NCBI GenBank assembly: GCA_015680685.1
Contig: MNCI01001640.1
Span: 1,563-65,562, forward strand
Direction: 5' to 3'
DNA from: Gnetum montanum
Lineage: Eukaryota; Plantae; Gnetophyta
Length of the DNA: 64,000 nt
The first letter of the stretch is position 1, and each line of letters opens with the position of its first letter. The translations under genes and the position numbers were made by a program. The notes beneath the pieces were generated by a model. That model was given only the letters and a program-made list of their open reading frames with translations. It ran no database searches and was not told where the DNA came from. Below, in pieces: positions 26,156 to 40,300 of this stretch.

Positions 26156-26493
26156 CTAGTTTTAGGTCTTGGTAGACTACTGACTATGCTAGTTTAAGGT
26201 CCCAGTAGACTATGATCCCAATTTAAGGTCTGGGCAGATAATTCTACACTAGTTTAAGGTCTTAGTAGATTGTTGTGCTAGTTTAACATCATACCAAATG
26301 GTGGATGGCTAGTTTACAGTTATAGAAAAACATGCTATGGGTGCCAATTTAATATCATTTCCCAAGGAAATTCTATTCTATTTTAACAACATTGTGGATA
26401 ATCTATGCCAGTTTAATGTCATGGTGGATGAGATGTGCTAGTTTATCATTGTAGCAGACATTTTGTGCCAGTTTAATATCATAGAGGACATTT
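26156..26493 (-). repeat. 3'-UTR array of about 11 units (29-35 bp) with a CYAGTTTAA core and variable spacers
   Basis: Plus-strand units such as CTAGTTTAAGGTC, CCAATTTAAGGTC, CTAGTTTAACATC and CCAGTTTAATATC, directly after the integrase stop. Confidence 0.85.
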
Positions 26494-26530
26494 TAATTAC
26501 CTTGCTTTATTATTTATATGATACTACATG

Positions 26531-29500
26531 TTAGGTGTAATACAAATTCAGGTAGAAGTGGTCTACAGTATTAGTGAACTTGTTGCTATCTAAATCAACA
26601 AACTTGAAGGCTTCATTTTCATATTCCTTAGTGACCAAAAAAGGCCCTTCCTAGTTTTCTAAGAACTTGTTTGTGGGCTCGTGAATGGCCTTGAGGGCAA
26701 GATCCCCTTTCTTGATTGGGTGTTGTGTAGACTATGATGATGCTTTTGCCATTGTTTGTCTTGATATCACTTTATGCAATTAAGCATTTGGATGCGCTCT
26801 TCCTCCATAGAGTTAAGATCAATGATTCTTGACTCATTGTTTTGAGCCTCATCTATGAAGTTTGAGATGATCATGCAAGGCAATGGGACCTGTAATTTAA
26901 GAGGAAAAACCAATTTAGATCCATACACAAGACTATATAGTGTTTTACCTATTATAGTTCTGCATGTTGTGCGGTAGGTCCAAAGTGTGTAGATTAGTTA
27001 CTCATGCCATCATCACTTACTATTGCTAAGTATTGTCTTCAGAAGTTTGATGATGACCTTATTTCTAGCCTCTACTTGGTAGTTTTCCTTAGGGTAGTAT
27101 GGTGATGAAAAAGAATGTTTGATGCTGAAGTTTCCACATTACTAAATTATGGCCTATTATCAAATCGGGTCACTATGTTGTCTAGGGAGACCAAATCAGG
27201 TCACTATGTTGTCTAGGTTGAATTTGCAAACCTGTTGAGATGTGGTCTTCCTAAGGGGAATAGCTTCTACCCACTTCATGAAATACTCAATTGTTGTAAT
27301 AATTAAACTATGTCTTGTGGAAGAATTACTTGTTATAGGCCCTATGATATCTAATCCCCAACGTTGAAATGGCCACATGATTTGTGTAGTATGCAACTCA
27401 ATTGGTGACACATGCATGAGATTCCCATGGCACTAACATACATCACATGTCCTAACCTTGGAGACACAATCATGCTCCATATAAGGTCAGTAGTAACCTA
27501 GATGTCTCATTTTTGCCACCATTACCTTGGGAGCTATATGCCCTCCACATAGTCCCTCATGGACTTGATCAATGATTCTTTGTGCTTCACTACCACAAAC
27601 ACAAGTTAACAGTATCTTGTCATAAGATCTATGAAATAAAGCACTATCACCTATGATGATGTATTTCCATGATCATTTTTGCACTACGTATTTATGGGTA
27701 GATGTTACATTTTGTGGAGGCTCACCATGTTGAACATATGCTTTGATGTCATCATACCATTCTTGACCATGTGCTACACTTGTAAACATGATACTTGTTG
27801 TGTGAATGATAGGGTCAGTGCAGTCCACTATTGGAGTGGGTAAAGTAGGAAACATATTTGGTTATACACTTAAAGCTAAAGTAGCCAATGAGTTAGCTAT
27901 AGTTTTCTTGTTGTAGGGAATGTCTTGAACATCTAAGGCTACAAATTGTTTTGGTAAGCATTTCAGCAAATCATAGTAAGGCTATAAGTATTGTACTTTA
28001 TAGGTGTAAACCTTTATGACTTGGTTAATGACCAGCTATGAATCACCTTGGATTGCTATATTTTGAATACCTAACTCCTGAGCTACTAGAATGCCCCTAA
28101 GGAGACCCTTGTATTCTACTACATTATTTGTACAAAGAAACACAAAGTGGTATACAAAAGGTCAAATCTCTCTAGAGGGAAATGTGATAATGGAAGTGGT
28201 GCTACCACCTTGCATGGTTGAAGCACTATCAAAGTGTAAAATGGCCTCAAATTCTACAGGTACTTGGCTTATATTACTAACATGCTGATCTAGGAATTTA
28301 GGATCTATTGTTGCTTGGTCATCTGTAGGTGGAGCTGTGAGTTGCAAGGCTATTGCTTAATCCTTTATGGATGACTACACTATGTAGTGTAGGTCAAATT
28401 CTGCGATTATTACTTTCCATCTGGCTATTCTACTACTTTCATATATGTTGGTTGTAATGGCCCTAAGTATGTTACTCTTGCAAATGATGTTGACCTAACC
28501 ACAAAATATGTAGTGTCTCCATTTTTTGAGGGCAAAAACTAAGTCAAGATAGTTTTTTTCCATATCATTGTATTTCACCTCATGAGGTATTAGTGCATGA
28601 CTTAGGTAGTAAATAAGAATTTCAGGACCATTGTCTCTCTTTTGACAGAGCAATCTAGCAATGGATATATCTAAAGTTACAAGGTAAGTGTAGAAAGGAT
28701 TATCTCTTTGTGGAAGATAGATGCTTACAAGATGAACATGCTTCTTTTTTAGGTTGTCAAATGCTTCTTAGCATTGGTTTGTCCACTCAAAGTTGACTCT
28801 CTTTTTGAGTAGGTGTTGCATTGAGTGCAACTTATTAACCAACCTCATGATACACCTTTGTATGAATTGTACTCTTCCTTGCAATCCATGTGGCTCTTTA
28901 AGGTTTGCAGGTGGTGGTAAGTTGATAATAGCCTTGACTTTATCTTTGTCTATGTGTTTTCCTATTTTTGATACTACAAATCCTAACATGCATCTATTTT
29001 TAACATGGAAGACAATTTTTGGGATTGAGGTGAAGGTCATGCCTGCAGCAACATTTAAGAAAAAGGTTCAAGTCATTTTCTTGATCAGGAACTTTCTTGA
29101 ACTTGACTGCTATATCATTCATGTAGTCATTTAACCATTCTAGAAGATAGTCACTAAAGATGTAGGTCTTCGCACATTAGTATGTTGCTCCACCATTTTT
29201 TACTCAATAGGGCATCATTGTATAACAAAACATTCCCCAAGGGGTCATGAAAGTAATAGTAATTTGGTGTTCTAGGTTTATGCAAATTTGGTTGTACCCT
29301 AAGAATCCATCCATGAAGGATAACAAGGTAAGACTAGTCATAGTATCAACAAGTTGGTCAATACTCAGTAGTGGGAAATCATCCTTGATGGTTGCAATGT
29401 TTAAGTTCCAAAATTTTATGTAGATGCGTATACCCCAAATTTTCTTAGTGGAAACTATGATTTTTGAGACCCAATCTGCATAGTCAACTACTCAAATGAA

Positions 29501-29989
29501 CCTAGCTTGGTAAAGTTTAGTGATTTCATCATGGTTGGCCAATGCAATTTCTGGCTTGATTTTAGGAAATTTTTGTTTGAATGGTTTAACATGTGGATCT
29601 AAGATAATTTTATGTTGGATTATATGTGAGTCTAGGCTTGACATATCTTCATAAGGCCACCCGAATACATTGACATTTTCATTAAGAACTCTAGAGATAC
29701 TCTATTGGATTTGAGCCTTTAATAAAGAGCTAAGCTTCATTATTCTTGTTTCACCTTTACATGTTATTATGGGGATTTCTATGAGTGGATCCTCAGTTAC
29801 ATCACCTACTTCTAGGTCTAGGACTTGAACTAGATGTTTCGGCCAATCTAGTGATGTTTTTAAGGATGCTATGTTGGGGTCAAAAGGAGGCAATTTGAGG
29901 TCCAAAAGCTCTATGTTCATGCATCTCATGAGTTTGCCATGAGGTCTAGTCAAGATTAAAGGTGAATGAAGATCCCCATGTGTACTCAT
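26531..29989 (-). pseudogene. pol of element B: RT, RNase H, archaeal-type RNase H (aRH), integrase
   Basis: Starts MSTHGDLHSPL..; RT KDDFPLLSIDQLVD..SFMDGFLGYNQI; aRH LHFDSAS..TNNVVEY..GDS.LV (~27900-28240); INT HEGLCGGH, WPFQRWGLDIIGP, EGPF; stop at 26531-26533. Confidence 0.9.
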
Positions 29990-30590
29990 TTTCCCAAATG
30001 ATCCTAGAAAATAACTAGAAAAATGTCAAGTGGTACCTATCTAATAAAGAAAAATGAAGTAAAACGCATAAAATTGCAAGTAACTATGCATGAAATAGTG
30101 CTATAAAAACTGCCTATATAGTATCTCAAAATTTCCAATTTAAGGTCTTAATGGACCATGCTATGCATAAAGTGTAAAGCTAAGCAAAATTTGAAAGGCT
30201 TGAAGCAGTGCCCACTATGGCGCTAAGCTAAATGTTCATTGGATACGTAGAAAAAATGTAAAAAACTTTAAAATGTAAGAAGCTAGAAAGAAAGAAATTA
30301 TTTCTAACTCTAGGTGTTACGCTGCATGGGACATAGGATGTTCTATGTTATGCATGGGATACAAAATGTTCCACATTACACACGAGACACATATGTTACA
30401 TGTGGGACATGGGACATCTTGGAAAGGTGACATGGCATATAACCCTGGAGGGTATAAATAAGGGTTTACCCATGGTAAACATGCCATTTTCACCATCAGA
30501 GCTAACAGTCCAAAGTGTAGCATGGTCTAGAACATAGATTAGTAGCTACAGAGTGTGACAGCTGACAAACTAGAGCTTGATAGTGAGGCA

Positions 30591-33500
30591 ATGACATGTA
30601 GAAGGAAGCATAGATACCTTGGCCTAGCCAATATGGATGTAGGAGAGAACACACTACAACATCTTCCTAGGGCACACATTGAGAAGAATTAGGAGGCATT
30701 GTTTGCCAGGTAGGTCATCATGTTGCTTTCATCATTTTTTTTTTGCACATTTAGGCCTTGGGGTTTTGGGGGCAACTTGCCTCGAGTGAGGACTACCATT
30801 GCTACCATGGCTAATAGGCCATGACTATTGTGGCTGCTACTATTCCCATTGTGGCTGGGAATGACTTAGGGATTTTAAATCACCTATTTTGGATTGCATC
30901 AATAGGTAAGGATTTTTTCACAAACTTATGAAAGTTGGGTGGAGTAGGGTGAGGCAAGGGTTTTGTTGCATCCCATGCAGTAGTACAGAATGGGGGTTTC
31001 ATGCATCCTATTTAGCATAGCACATGGGACAGGGTTTTGGCACTTTGCATTCTATGCCATGTAACAAGGATTTCTTCTATGTCCCACATGGCAGATTGAG
31101 GCAAAGGTTTCATGGCTATCTTGCATCAATTTTCAAGCCCTATAGCATCCATGATAGAGTAACTAGAAAGCTAAAAAAATTTTGCATTCTATTGCTACAT
31201 TCCTTGTTAGTATGACTAAGACTTTATACATTTTTTCAAATTTTTCCTAGTTATGTACAGTTGCTATGCTACATGGGATTCCCAAAAATGTCACACTCCA
31301 TGGGAGCATAACAAACATTATGGACAAAATTCCATTCAATTTCTTGTCCTATAGTTGTCATGATTGATTGGAGCATGATGAATACTTAGAAAAATTTTTG
31401 TTTCAAACTTGTCACACTCTATGGGAGCATGATCGACACTTCAAAAATTTTACTAAAAAATTGTCACACTGTATGGGAGCGTGACCAACACTTTGAAAAA
31501 TTTTCACTTCAAAACTGTCACACCCTACGAGAGTGTGATTAACACTTAGAAAAAATTTTCAATTTTTTTTTCCTTTTTGATGTGTTGTTTTTCAGCTGCT
31601 TTTGTTGTTTTTATTACCCCTTTTTCAATACTAACATTTTCATTGTGACAATGTAGGGTTATGCTAAAGTTGGTCTTCATTGTGGTTGAGCTTGTAGGGA
31701 TCTTATGCTATATAAGCACCCCCATGTCCAATGTTCCTGTGCCACATGCATGAGTAGGAGACTAGGTAGTCTGATTTTGAGAGGATGCATAGGAATTCTT
31801 GGAATTCCTACTTCATCACTTCAGCATTATGATGTGGTCACACTTGTCTACTGAAGCAACATGTGTCCTAGTTAAGACATTATTTCCTGGGATAAACTGA
31901 GTCATTTTGAAATTCATGATAGATGGACCTACTGAGGGAAAAGGGGTAGGGGGATTGATTTAGTGCTCGAAAGGCCTAAGACCCTTATCTTGGATTTGGG
32001 AAATGCTAGAATTTAGATGCTACCATAAATACAACACTTTGTTTATTTCTCGCCATGTTAGCATAGCCTTCCAAAACCCACCTGAAACCATCTATTGTGC
32101 TAGAGGATAAGCCTTATTGGGATTATGGGAATTTTATTTTATTTTCTTTGTATGACCTAAAATGCTTATTATCATTTTATCTATTTCCAAATTTATTTTT
32201 GATAAGTATGTCCTCCATGATAGGGAAGGGGAGTTTGCCTTAATGTAGACAACACTACGAGAGTTCTCATCTACTGAGAACATACGTGTTGGTATCATAG
32301 AGAAACTGGGGGTAGATATGAAAAATTATCCAACCAAGTACTCTAAATCATACATGAAATGTTGAGATCTCAGGTGGTTAGATGGTGGGTGGACATCTGA
32401 TCAGATAGCCTCCATGGAAGAAGTGTCAATCCAAGTACCATCATTCCCCACACCATTTGTGCCAGGTGAGTTATATTATTTATTTATTTTCATGAATTTT
32501 TGATTTTTTCTTTTCTAGTATATGGCTTATTCTATTTTTTTTTATTGTAGAAGTAGCCAAATCCAAGGAGGCCAGAGTGATCATCTCAAGGTGCACTGAG
32601 GCTAACCTTCTTTTTAAATATGGTGAGGTTGACAATTCATAGTGTTGGTTATGCCATAAGGCTCGAGGAATGATTGATCAAAATGTTCAAGAGGCTAGGC
32701 TTATGGACCTCTTTCTAGGCATGCACCCAAGCATCCCATCAGTAGAAATGGTTGTCCTTATTGACTCTTTTATGGAAAGCACTGACCACTTTCACACTCA
32801 AGTTCCCAACGTGCGGGTAGTCTTTGAGATCATTGATGATCTCTTTGCAAACCTCTTTAGTGTCCCTTTTGATGGTTTACCCATGGGTGAGAAAAATAGC
32901 AAGGATCTAAACCATCTAGGGGACATTGAACAATAGCTAGGCACTGATAAAGATCGCAAGGGCATTTACATGGAAAAAGTTAAATTGAAGGTTGCCCAAG
33001 ACATCTATCCCATCTTTCGAGCTTGCAATTTCCTAAGCTACTTTCCGAAGGAAAGGTTCTTGGGGTAGAGTAAGCTTGGATCATGAGGGATGTGATGGAG
33101 GAGGGAACTTAATAGAACTAGGCCAGATAGCTTGTGAATGACTTACGAGCTGAGATGATCACACTATGCAACAAACTTGAGGCATGCTCTCATGTTCATT
33201 TTTCCTTGCCTGTTTGTGCAGGTTCGTAGAATTTTTTGTAGTTTGTGAAAATGGGATATGGGTGGTGCAAGATTACACCCAAATATCCAAGCCATGGATT
33301 CACCATGTATTTTGCACAACTATATCACAAGACCCTTCAAAGGCTATTGGTGAATCTTTTTCAATGGCCACCAAAGACTAGGTAGGCCTATCCTACTACA
33401 TGTGTGATAGTCTTGGCAAGGCTCCTTATATCCACATGGATAACACAGTGAGGGGGGCAGGTCTTATTATTGAGATAGTGAAGTCAAAATTACAAATCAA

Positions 33501-35350
33501 AAAGCCTCATCCTATAAAGATACCCCCATGTGAAATCAAAGAAAGGGGTAAGAGGTTATGCATAAGAGTCCGCAATGTGCAATCTGAGTTTGATGGTAAG
33601 TATGCCTCAGTTAGTATAGTTGTTGCTTATTTCTTCTACTAGTTTTGTAAATATATCTGGTAAATAGGTGCTTTGACCCTATCTCATGCATCATAGATGA
33701 GGAGAAGGCCTTTGCCACCAAAGAAGAGGCCCCTACCATTGAGGAGGAGGTCCCTAGTGTAGAAGAGGAGGCCCTTGCTATAGAAGGGGAGGCCCCTACT
33801 AAAGAGGAGCTTTTTGTAGAAAGATTCCCACAACCTAAGGGACATACGACAACTAGAGATGTTGTTGCACTCCTAAAGCATCTTGAAGAAGAGGGGCTGC
33901 ATTTTGAGGATAGTGAGTTTGATGGTCTGTAGATGGGTGATCCTCTTGCTCTCACCCAAGGTTTGCTAGGTAGACGCTTTGCATTTCCATTTATATTATG
34001 CTCTTTCTTTTCCTCTTTTCTCTCATTCTCTTCTTTTTTTATTTTTTCCTTTTTGTTCCCATCATTTTTCTGGTTATTTAGTGATGCTAACCTAGCTTAT
34101 CCTATAGTGGGTAATGCTTCTACCCAAGGTCTTGAATCATCATCCACCTTCCACCTATGTCCATGGGTGGAAACCCTAGACAAGTTTGCTTTTATGGAGG
34201 AGATAGTGGATGATATGATCAATTGTCTAAAGAAAATAGAGCCTGAGATAGGTATATACTTGGGTTATTGAATTTTTATTATTATTTCATTTTCAGTTTT
34301 GTCTCATAAGCAAAATTTCATCTCTTTGATGTAATAGCCTCGTGATTTAAATGGGACCCAAGGAGGCTAGTTGAAGTTGAAGTTGTGCCTAAGCTCCCTC
34401 CTAAGATATTAAAGGTGCCTTGTTATGTGTATGATGACGTAAGAAAATGCACACTACACTCAACACAATCATTGTGGGAGTGTAGGTGCATAAATGAGGA
34501 TCTTTGGAAGGAAGTTCAAAAACTCAAGAAAGTGAAAGGAAGCCAGGCACCTCGATTGGAGGACTTACAATCATGGTATGACTTTTTGATGGCCCACGAT
34601 AAGCTAGACAGTAGCTAGCACACTGCCATGATTGATTATGCCCAATATTGATCATCCATGAAGGGAAAGAATTAAGCTACACATGAGGTAATCAAGGAAC
34701 ACCTACAAATGGATCTCCTAGCCCAAAAGAACCAAGATTAGAAAGGTTACAATGCCAAGGTGTATGGATGGGGGAAAGTGCAAAAGAATCACAAGCATCA
34801 GTACAAAATAAAACATGCTACCTGCCACCAAAAATATAAAGATGAATCTATAGAGCACTGAGGTCATGAATTATTCCTTGATGTAATTGGTGCTACCCAA
34901 GATTATAATAGATTTGTGAAGCACCTGGTGGTCAGTGAGTCCCCAAAGAGGAAAATTACCATGCCTTCTAGGGAAACCACATTTGCTACATTTTTTCTGT
35001 GGCCACCCATATGGATAGTTGTGGAGAAAGGAAAGATCTTAATAGGTGTTGATTTAGGAGAGGAGGACTAGGAGAATATGAAAGAGGAGGAAATCCTCTA
35101 ATGCTTAGAGTTTGGCCTCAACAGGATGTCACCAGACATGGATGCAGGCCCATCTCAGGTTGATTAAGATTACTTTATTACAATTTATTTCATGATAGCT
35201 TCAAATGCTATCCTACTTATTGATTGGTTTATTATTTTGTCTTTGGTTTGTATAGGAGAAAAATGAGGATGTAGGACCTAGTAGAGTGATGGATGAGAAT
35301 AGAGGGGAAGAGCCACAGTTTATATATATTGATGTTTCAAAATATTTGAA
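30591..35350 (+). pseudogene. Antisense multi-exon accessory gene of element B (FCP1/NIF-like + Transposase_32-like + coiled coil), degenerate
   Basis: TATAAATA at ~30454. Exons 30591-30709 (119 nt), 31657-32106 (450 nt, donor decayed to AT), 32191-32465 (275 nt, acceptor decayed), 32551 onward, last exon from ~35256. Translations align with the copy in element C (LFANLFSVPFDG, PCYVYDD..SLWECRCINEDLWK). Confidence 0.85.
31290..31560. repeat. ~52-54-bp tandem repeat (4-5 units) in intron 1 of the antisense gene
   Basis: TGTCACACTCTATGGGAGCATGA...ACACTTAGAAAAATTTT-like units. Confidence 0.8.
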
Positions 35351-35491
35351 ATGTAAACTCATTGTTGGGGAATTTTGTAACTTTGCAAGTGGACGGAATC
35401 TTGAGCCATATATTTCATTTACAATTTAATTAAAAAGCACAATACTTATTTTATGTTGATATAATTAGGCCCTTTGTGGGCCCTAAGGGAT

Positions 35492-35625
35492 AGTTTAAGG
35501 CCATTCTGAGCCATGGCTAGTTTAAGGCCATTTCGAGCCATGCTATAGTTTTAGGCCATTCTAGGCCATGGGTAGCTCTAAGAGACTAGAGTGATAGTTA
35601 AGATGTTGTGCAATAGTTTAAGGTT
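35492..35625 (-). repeat. TAGTTTAAGGCCAT array between gag-PR and the antisense gene (element B)
   Basis: About four ~27-bp units of TAGTTT(A/T)AGGCCATT...GCCATG. Confidence 0.8.
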
Positions 35626-35741
35626 ATTCTAGACTAGAGTGATAGTTAAGAAAAGCATAACTAACACAGAAAGCAAACATAATGTAAAATTGAAACTATA
35701 CAAACAAACAAAAATACTAAAGATAAAATAACTAAAGAAGT

Positions 35742-37326
35742 TGAAACACCATAAAAATTTCAACAACACTTCCAGAAAACTTCAGAGCCTTTGAAGCAGC
35801 TTCGAATAGCCCACCGTGGAGTAAGCAAGGTCCCCATGGGGCCCATAGGCAACTACACCAACTTTTGGTATCCAGAATCACAAATTCTGAGCTCAAGATG
35901 CCTAGTTCAAGCTGAGTACACTTTGGTCACGTTGGCTTACGCTGCATAGCGTAAGGATTAGCATCACCAACTTTTGGAGCCCTAAAATTGAGTTAAAATA
36001 GGCTGAAATTGAGCATAAGGACCCCCCATGACCTTCACCAAGGCCCCTAGTAGCTCCCAACCTCTAGAAAATCAAAATTTGGGCCTTAAATGAAGTATTT
36101 TTAGTTGATTACGCTGGAGCTACATTTTCTTATGTTGCACAGCGTAAGGATCAGCGTCACCAGCTTTTAGAGCCCCGAAATAGGGCCAAAATGACATCCA
36201 AATTAGCCCAAATTTGGCACACATAACCCGCATGACCCATGTCATGTAGATCCAGTATAAAAATAGGTCTCACAAGTCAAAAATGGGTTCAAAATGCACT
36301 ATTTTCTGTTCATACGCTATTAGTCACACTGGCATGCTTCCAGCAGTGTAAACCCAGTGTAAACACTTTCATATGCTGGATGCTAAACACTGGACATTGG
36401 ACGCCAGACGTTGATGCTAGAATAGGCTACACAGACATTAGATCCAGATCCACACACATTGGAGGCTTTGGTAGCACAAAACTACAGATCTGAAGGCCAG
36501 ACACCCAGATCCACTCTTGTACATTAACATTTGTTGCATTTTGACATTTTTTTTAGTGTTTCATGTTCTTACGCTAGGCATTACACATGCCCGTGTAAGA
36601 GATCTTGGATGCTACACTATACATTGTAAGAATTTCTATGCATTCCAGTCAAAAAAGTCACATGCATCACTTGATCCACATTTCCCACGCCCGACAGCCA
36701 TGGATCTTCACACAGATCCACATCCCACGCATCAAAACCTTAAAAATACCCTAATTTTCCACTAGATCGAGGCTAGAAAAATTTGATCATAGAGCATCCT
36801 ATACACTTTGTATGTTGAACATTCCAGGAAACATTTCATACGCTAGGAATTAGACTTGGTTAAGCTGAGCAAGGGCAATCTTGGTTATGCTGGAGAACTT
36901 GCAACTAGAAACTTGTATTCCTGAGCATCCATTCACACCTTTCACATCAGGGCTAAAAATACACCTTGCAATCATTCTGCAACTACGTTTCACTTCTTTA
37001 TAATTTTCAATCAATACAAATAGTTACATTTCTATGAATCATATTTACAATTTACATTATTTTTTGTTTACGTTGTTTACACCTTGTTTTCACTTGTCCA
37101 CGTTTACGTTTGCATTTTTTTACATTTGTTTATGATAATCTGGCACACTGCCATTACGTATGCTAGGGGAAGTCCTTGTTTCATCTGTGTGTAGACCATC
37201 CAAGTTACTCTACCATCATTTTTTGCAGCTTACCTTCACGCAAAGGCAGGGTCCACTATATCTCTCCAGAGATCTTTAGGCATTCGGTTTTATTCCAACC
37301 TTACACTGACAATTTCAGATAGTACA
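35742..37326 (+). mobile_element. Solo LTR of the same Tat family, inserted in the spacer of element B
   Basis: TGAAACACCATAAAA...TAGTACA; TSD GAAGT/GGAGT; TATA CAGTATAAAAA at ~36255. 3' part matches LTR 47836-49002 (AGACCATCCAAG.TACTCTACC). Confidence 0.8.
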
Positions 37327-37329
37327 GGA

Positions 37330-40300
37330 GTAAATTAGGGACATGCCCTAATTGCATAAATATTTCTTAACCCAATGTGTGTTAGGTGATGTGTATAGCT
37401 TGGCAGATTTGAGGTGATACTCTTTTAGGCTATCATCTACCATTGAAAATGGTAATTCTCCCCATGGAGTTTCTTCATGTAGATTGTTAGTTTTGCTTGG
37501 TTCACTTGCTAAACAACATTGGGTTTTGTTGCAAATAGGTGATGCATCTTCAGAGACTTCTATCTCTAACCCATGTTTAGTGTCTATATTGTTGATGGCC
37601 TAGTGGGCTATGTCAACACCAACGATCACTACTTCTTTCCCTGCATAGGGTAGGTGGATCTCTTGGTGGATTGGTGAAGAGAAAATCCTTAACTAGGGTA
37701 ACCAAGATCCTTCTAAGATTTGATTAAATGCAAGCATTTCCTCTACAATGATGAATTCTGCATTAGTGGGGAATCGATCCCCTAGTACGAAATCAATGGT
37801 GATTGTTCCCTTGACTATGACACATTCCCCATTAAATGAATTTAAACAAGAAGTTGTTGTGGGCTTGATTTGGTCCACCAGGCCTGCCTTGTCAATAACA
37901 AAGAATAGGATTACATTGGTTGCGGCCCCATCATCAACATGCATCCTATGAATCTTGTACTGACCTACATGAATTGTTATGAACATAGGGGCAGTGGTTA
38001 CTTGACCCCTTTTGGGATTGGCTTTAATGGCTTCATCATGAAAAGTTAAGAGGGTTGATCATTTCCTTGGCTATAGGTAGAACATTATAGCATGAATGGA
38101 TTTATCTTCTACTAGCATATCTTCCTGAACAAGAATGGATGCCAACATGCAGATTAGAGCCTCATGATGGATAGAAGAAGTCATTATTAAATCGTATAGG
38201 CTCAAAGTTTTATTTTTCTGTTTTAAAGCTTGTCTAACCTATGTAAGTGCATTTAGAAAATCTTGTCCATTGTTTGGTTGTTTGGTGGTTTTTATTTCTT
38301 CCACATGTCCTAAGAGACAAATTTCTCTAGGAGGTGAGGATTTGGGCTTTGATTGGGCAGTAAGCTTCTAGGCTTTGGTAGTTTCTTGTTGTGAGTGCAT
38401 TTCCATATTATCTTTAGATGGTGGAGCCATGGGAATTGCTAACAAGGGGGTCAGCTTTGGGGGACCTAATTCAGTGCATTCTCCAACCATCTTGTTAGCT
38501 AGATGCTCATGACATTTCCTTGGGTGGGAATGCTACAATGAAGTGGGGGGTTTGTATGTTTTGGCACTCTTACGAAAAATGGTGTTTGGGTTGTTGTTGC
38601 GATAGGCTATGGGGCCCTAACCATGAAAAGTGTAAAGGGGGCCTATGGTGATACCTTAATGACAAAAGGGGCCTATGAACTAGTTGACATTGATGCTTTA
38701 GCACCACTAGAGGATGCACAAACCACAAATGGTTCCTATCTTGCATCTATGTTGTCATCAACATTAATAGCATTAATGGTATATCTTTTACTACTAGCAT
38801 TCAATTGGTCCTTATAAATGTTCATAGATTAGTTCTCCATTTGGATAGGATTGCTTTCATGAAGGATAAACTTGCCTTGATCAATCATGCACTGAATATC
38901 ATCTTTTAACACTAGATAGTAATCTATGTCATAACCTTGCAACTGATGATAGTTGCAAAATTGGTCCAACCTAAAATTTTTAGCCACTGCAAGGTCATTG
39001 GGCATAGCCATAGATGGGTCTTGGAGAATCTCACAATAACTCTCATGACGTTTGCAGGCATCTCCTAACATTTGCTTATCTTGAATCCATTCAGCACTCA
39101 GTAGTTTATCCAAAAGCTCTAATGGAATAATTAGCAGAGGGGTATATTTTAAGCAATCCTTATGCTCAAAGTTTGGCCTTGCTGGAGCTTGCCCCATGAC
39201 CATTGATGATGTAGGTTGGCTGGTTCCTGTGTTGCTAGAGCTTGACATTTTGTTGGTAGTGGTCAAGGCCTTAAGCACCCTAGCTGTCTATTTGTTGTTA
39301 GTGGACCTGGCTTTATTAGCCACATCTTCCACAGTGGTTGTCTTGGGTTTCCCCTTTTCTTTATCTTTCCTTTCATTTTCATTCTTATAGGATATGTAGG
39401 CTAGGTCCTTGCTAGCCTCTGTCTCATCTTGTATGCTCTTTGTTTGAGCAAAGGCTTGGCTAGGGGAGGGTGAGGCTAAATAATATAGCTTGGATTTAAT
39501 GAAATCATTTATTACACCATTAAAAATGTCTAGTAGGTGGGCTTTAGTGATTGGCTCATGAATCTCATTTAAGGTAGCACTACAACATTGTATGAATCTC
39601 TACATGGGTTCTAGCACTTCTTGCTTAACATTCATGAGCTGATCTAGTGTGACCTCTAGCTTCAATTTTTACTTGAAGTGGGTTACGAATAGCCTTAACA
39701 ACTTCTCAAGATTTTAAATGGAAGTGTGAGGAAGTGCATGACACCAGTCTAAGGCCTTACCAGTCATAGATATGGTGAAGACATGGATGACCACATGTGG
39801 TCACGGTTGTAGTAACAAGGAATCTGATCGAAAAGTAACTAGGTGGGAATTTTGGTTACCTACTCCATTGTATTTTGTAAATTGGGGAAGTTGGATTTTA
39901 GGGGCAACATGAGCATAGGGACAATGAGGCTAATAGGATCATCCTAATAGAATTATATTACATGGACCATTTCAGAGCTAGCATCTTTAAGCTGTTTAAC
40001 CTCATCAGTGAGGGTTTGGATGAGCTGAAATGTTTGGTCTAGGCTTGAGGATGTTGAAGAAGGTTGCATTAGTTATAATACTGGTAGTGTCATTGGAAAA
40101 AATACCATGGGTGGTGTTGTCAGTGCAGCTACCATTCCCATTGGGGGTGCTATTGGAGTGGCTCCCATTGGTGGTGCCACCGATGTGGTTACCAACCCCA
40201 CTAGGGGTGCTATTGACACAACTTCGATTGGTAGTGCCGACAGAGTCGCTACCAACCCCAATGGAGGTGCTATCATTGAAGTGGCCCAAAACCCCATAGG

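Noticed and set aside
26156-26493. CRISPR-like repeat-spacer array
   Set aside because: The core is only about 9-13 bp and degenerate, spacers are related to each other, there are no cas genes, and the context is a plant retrotransposon 3' UTR.
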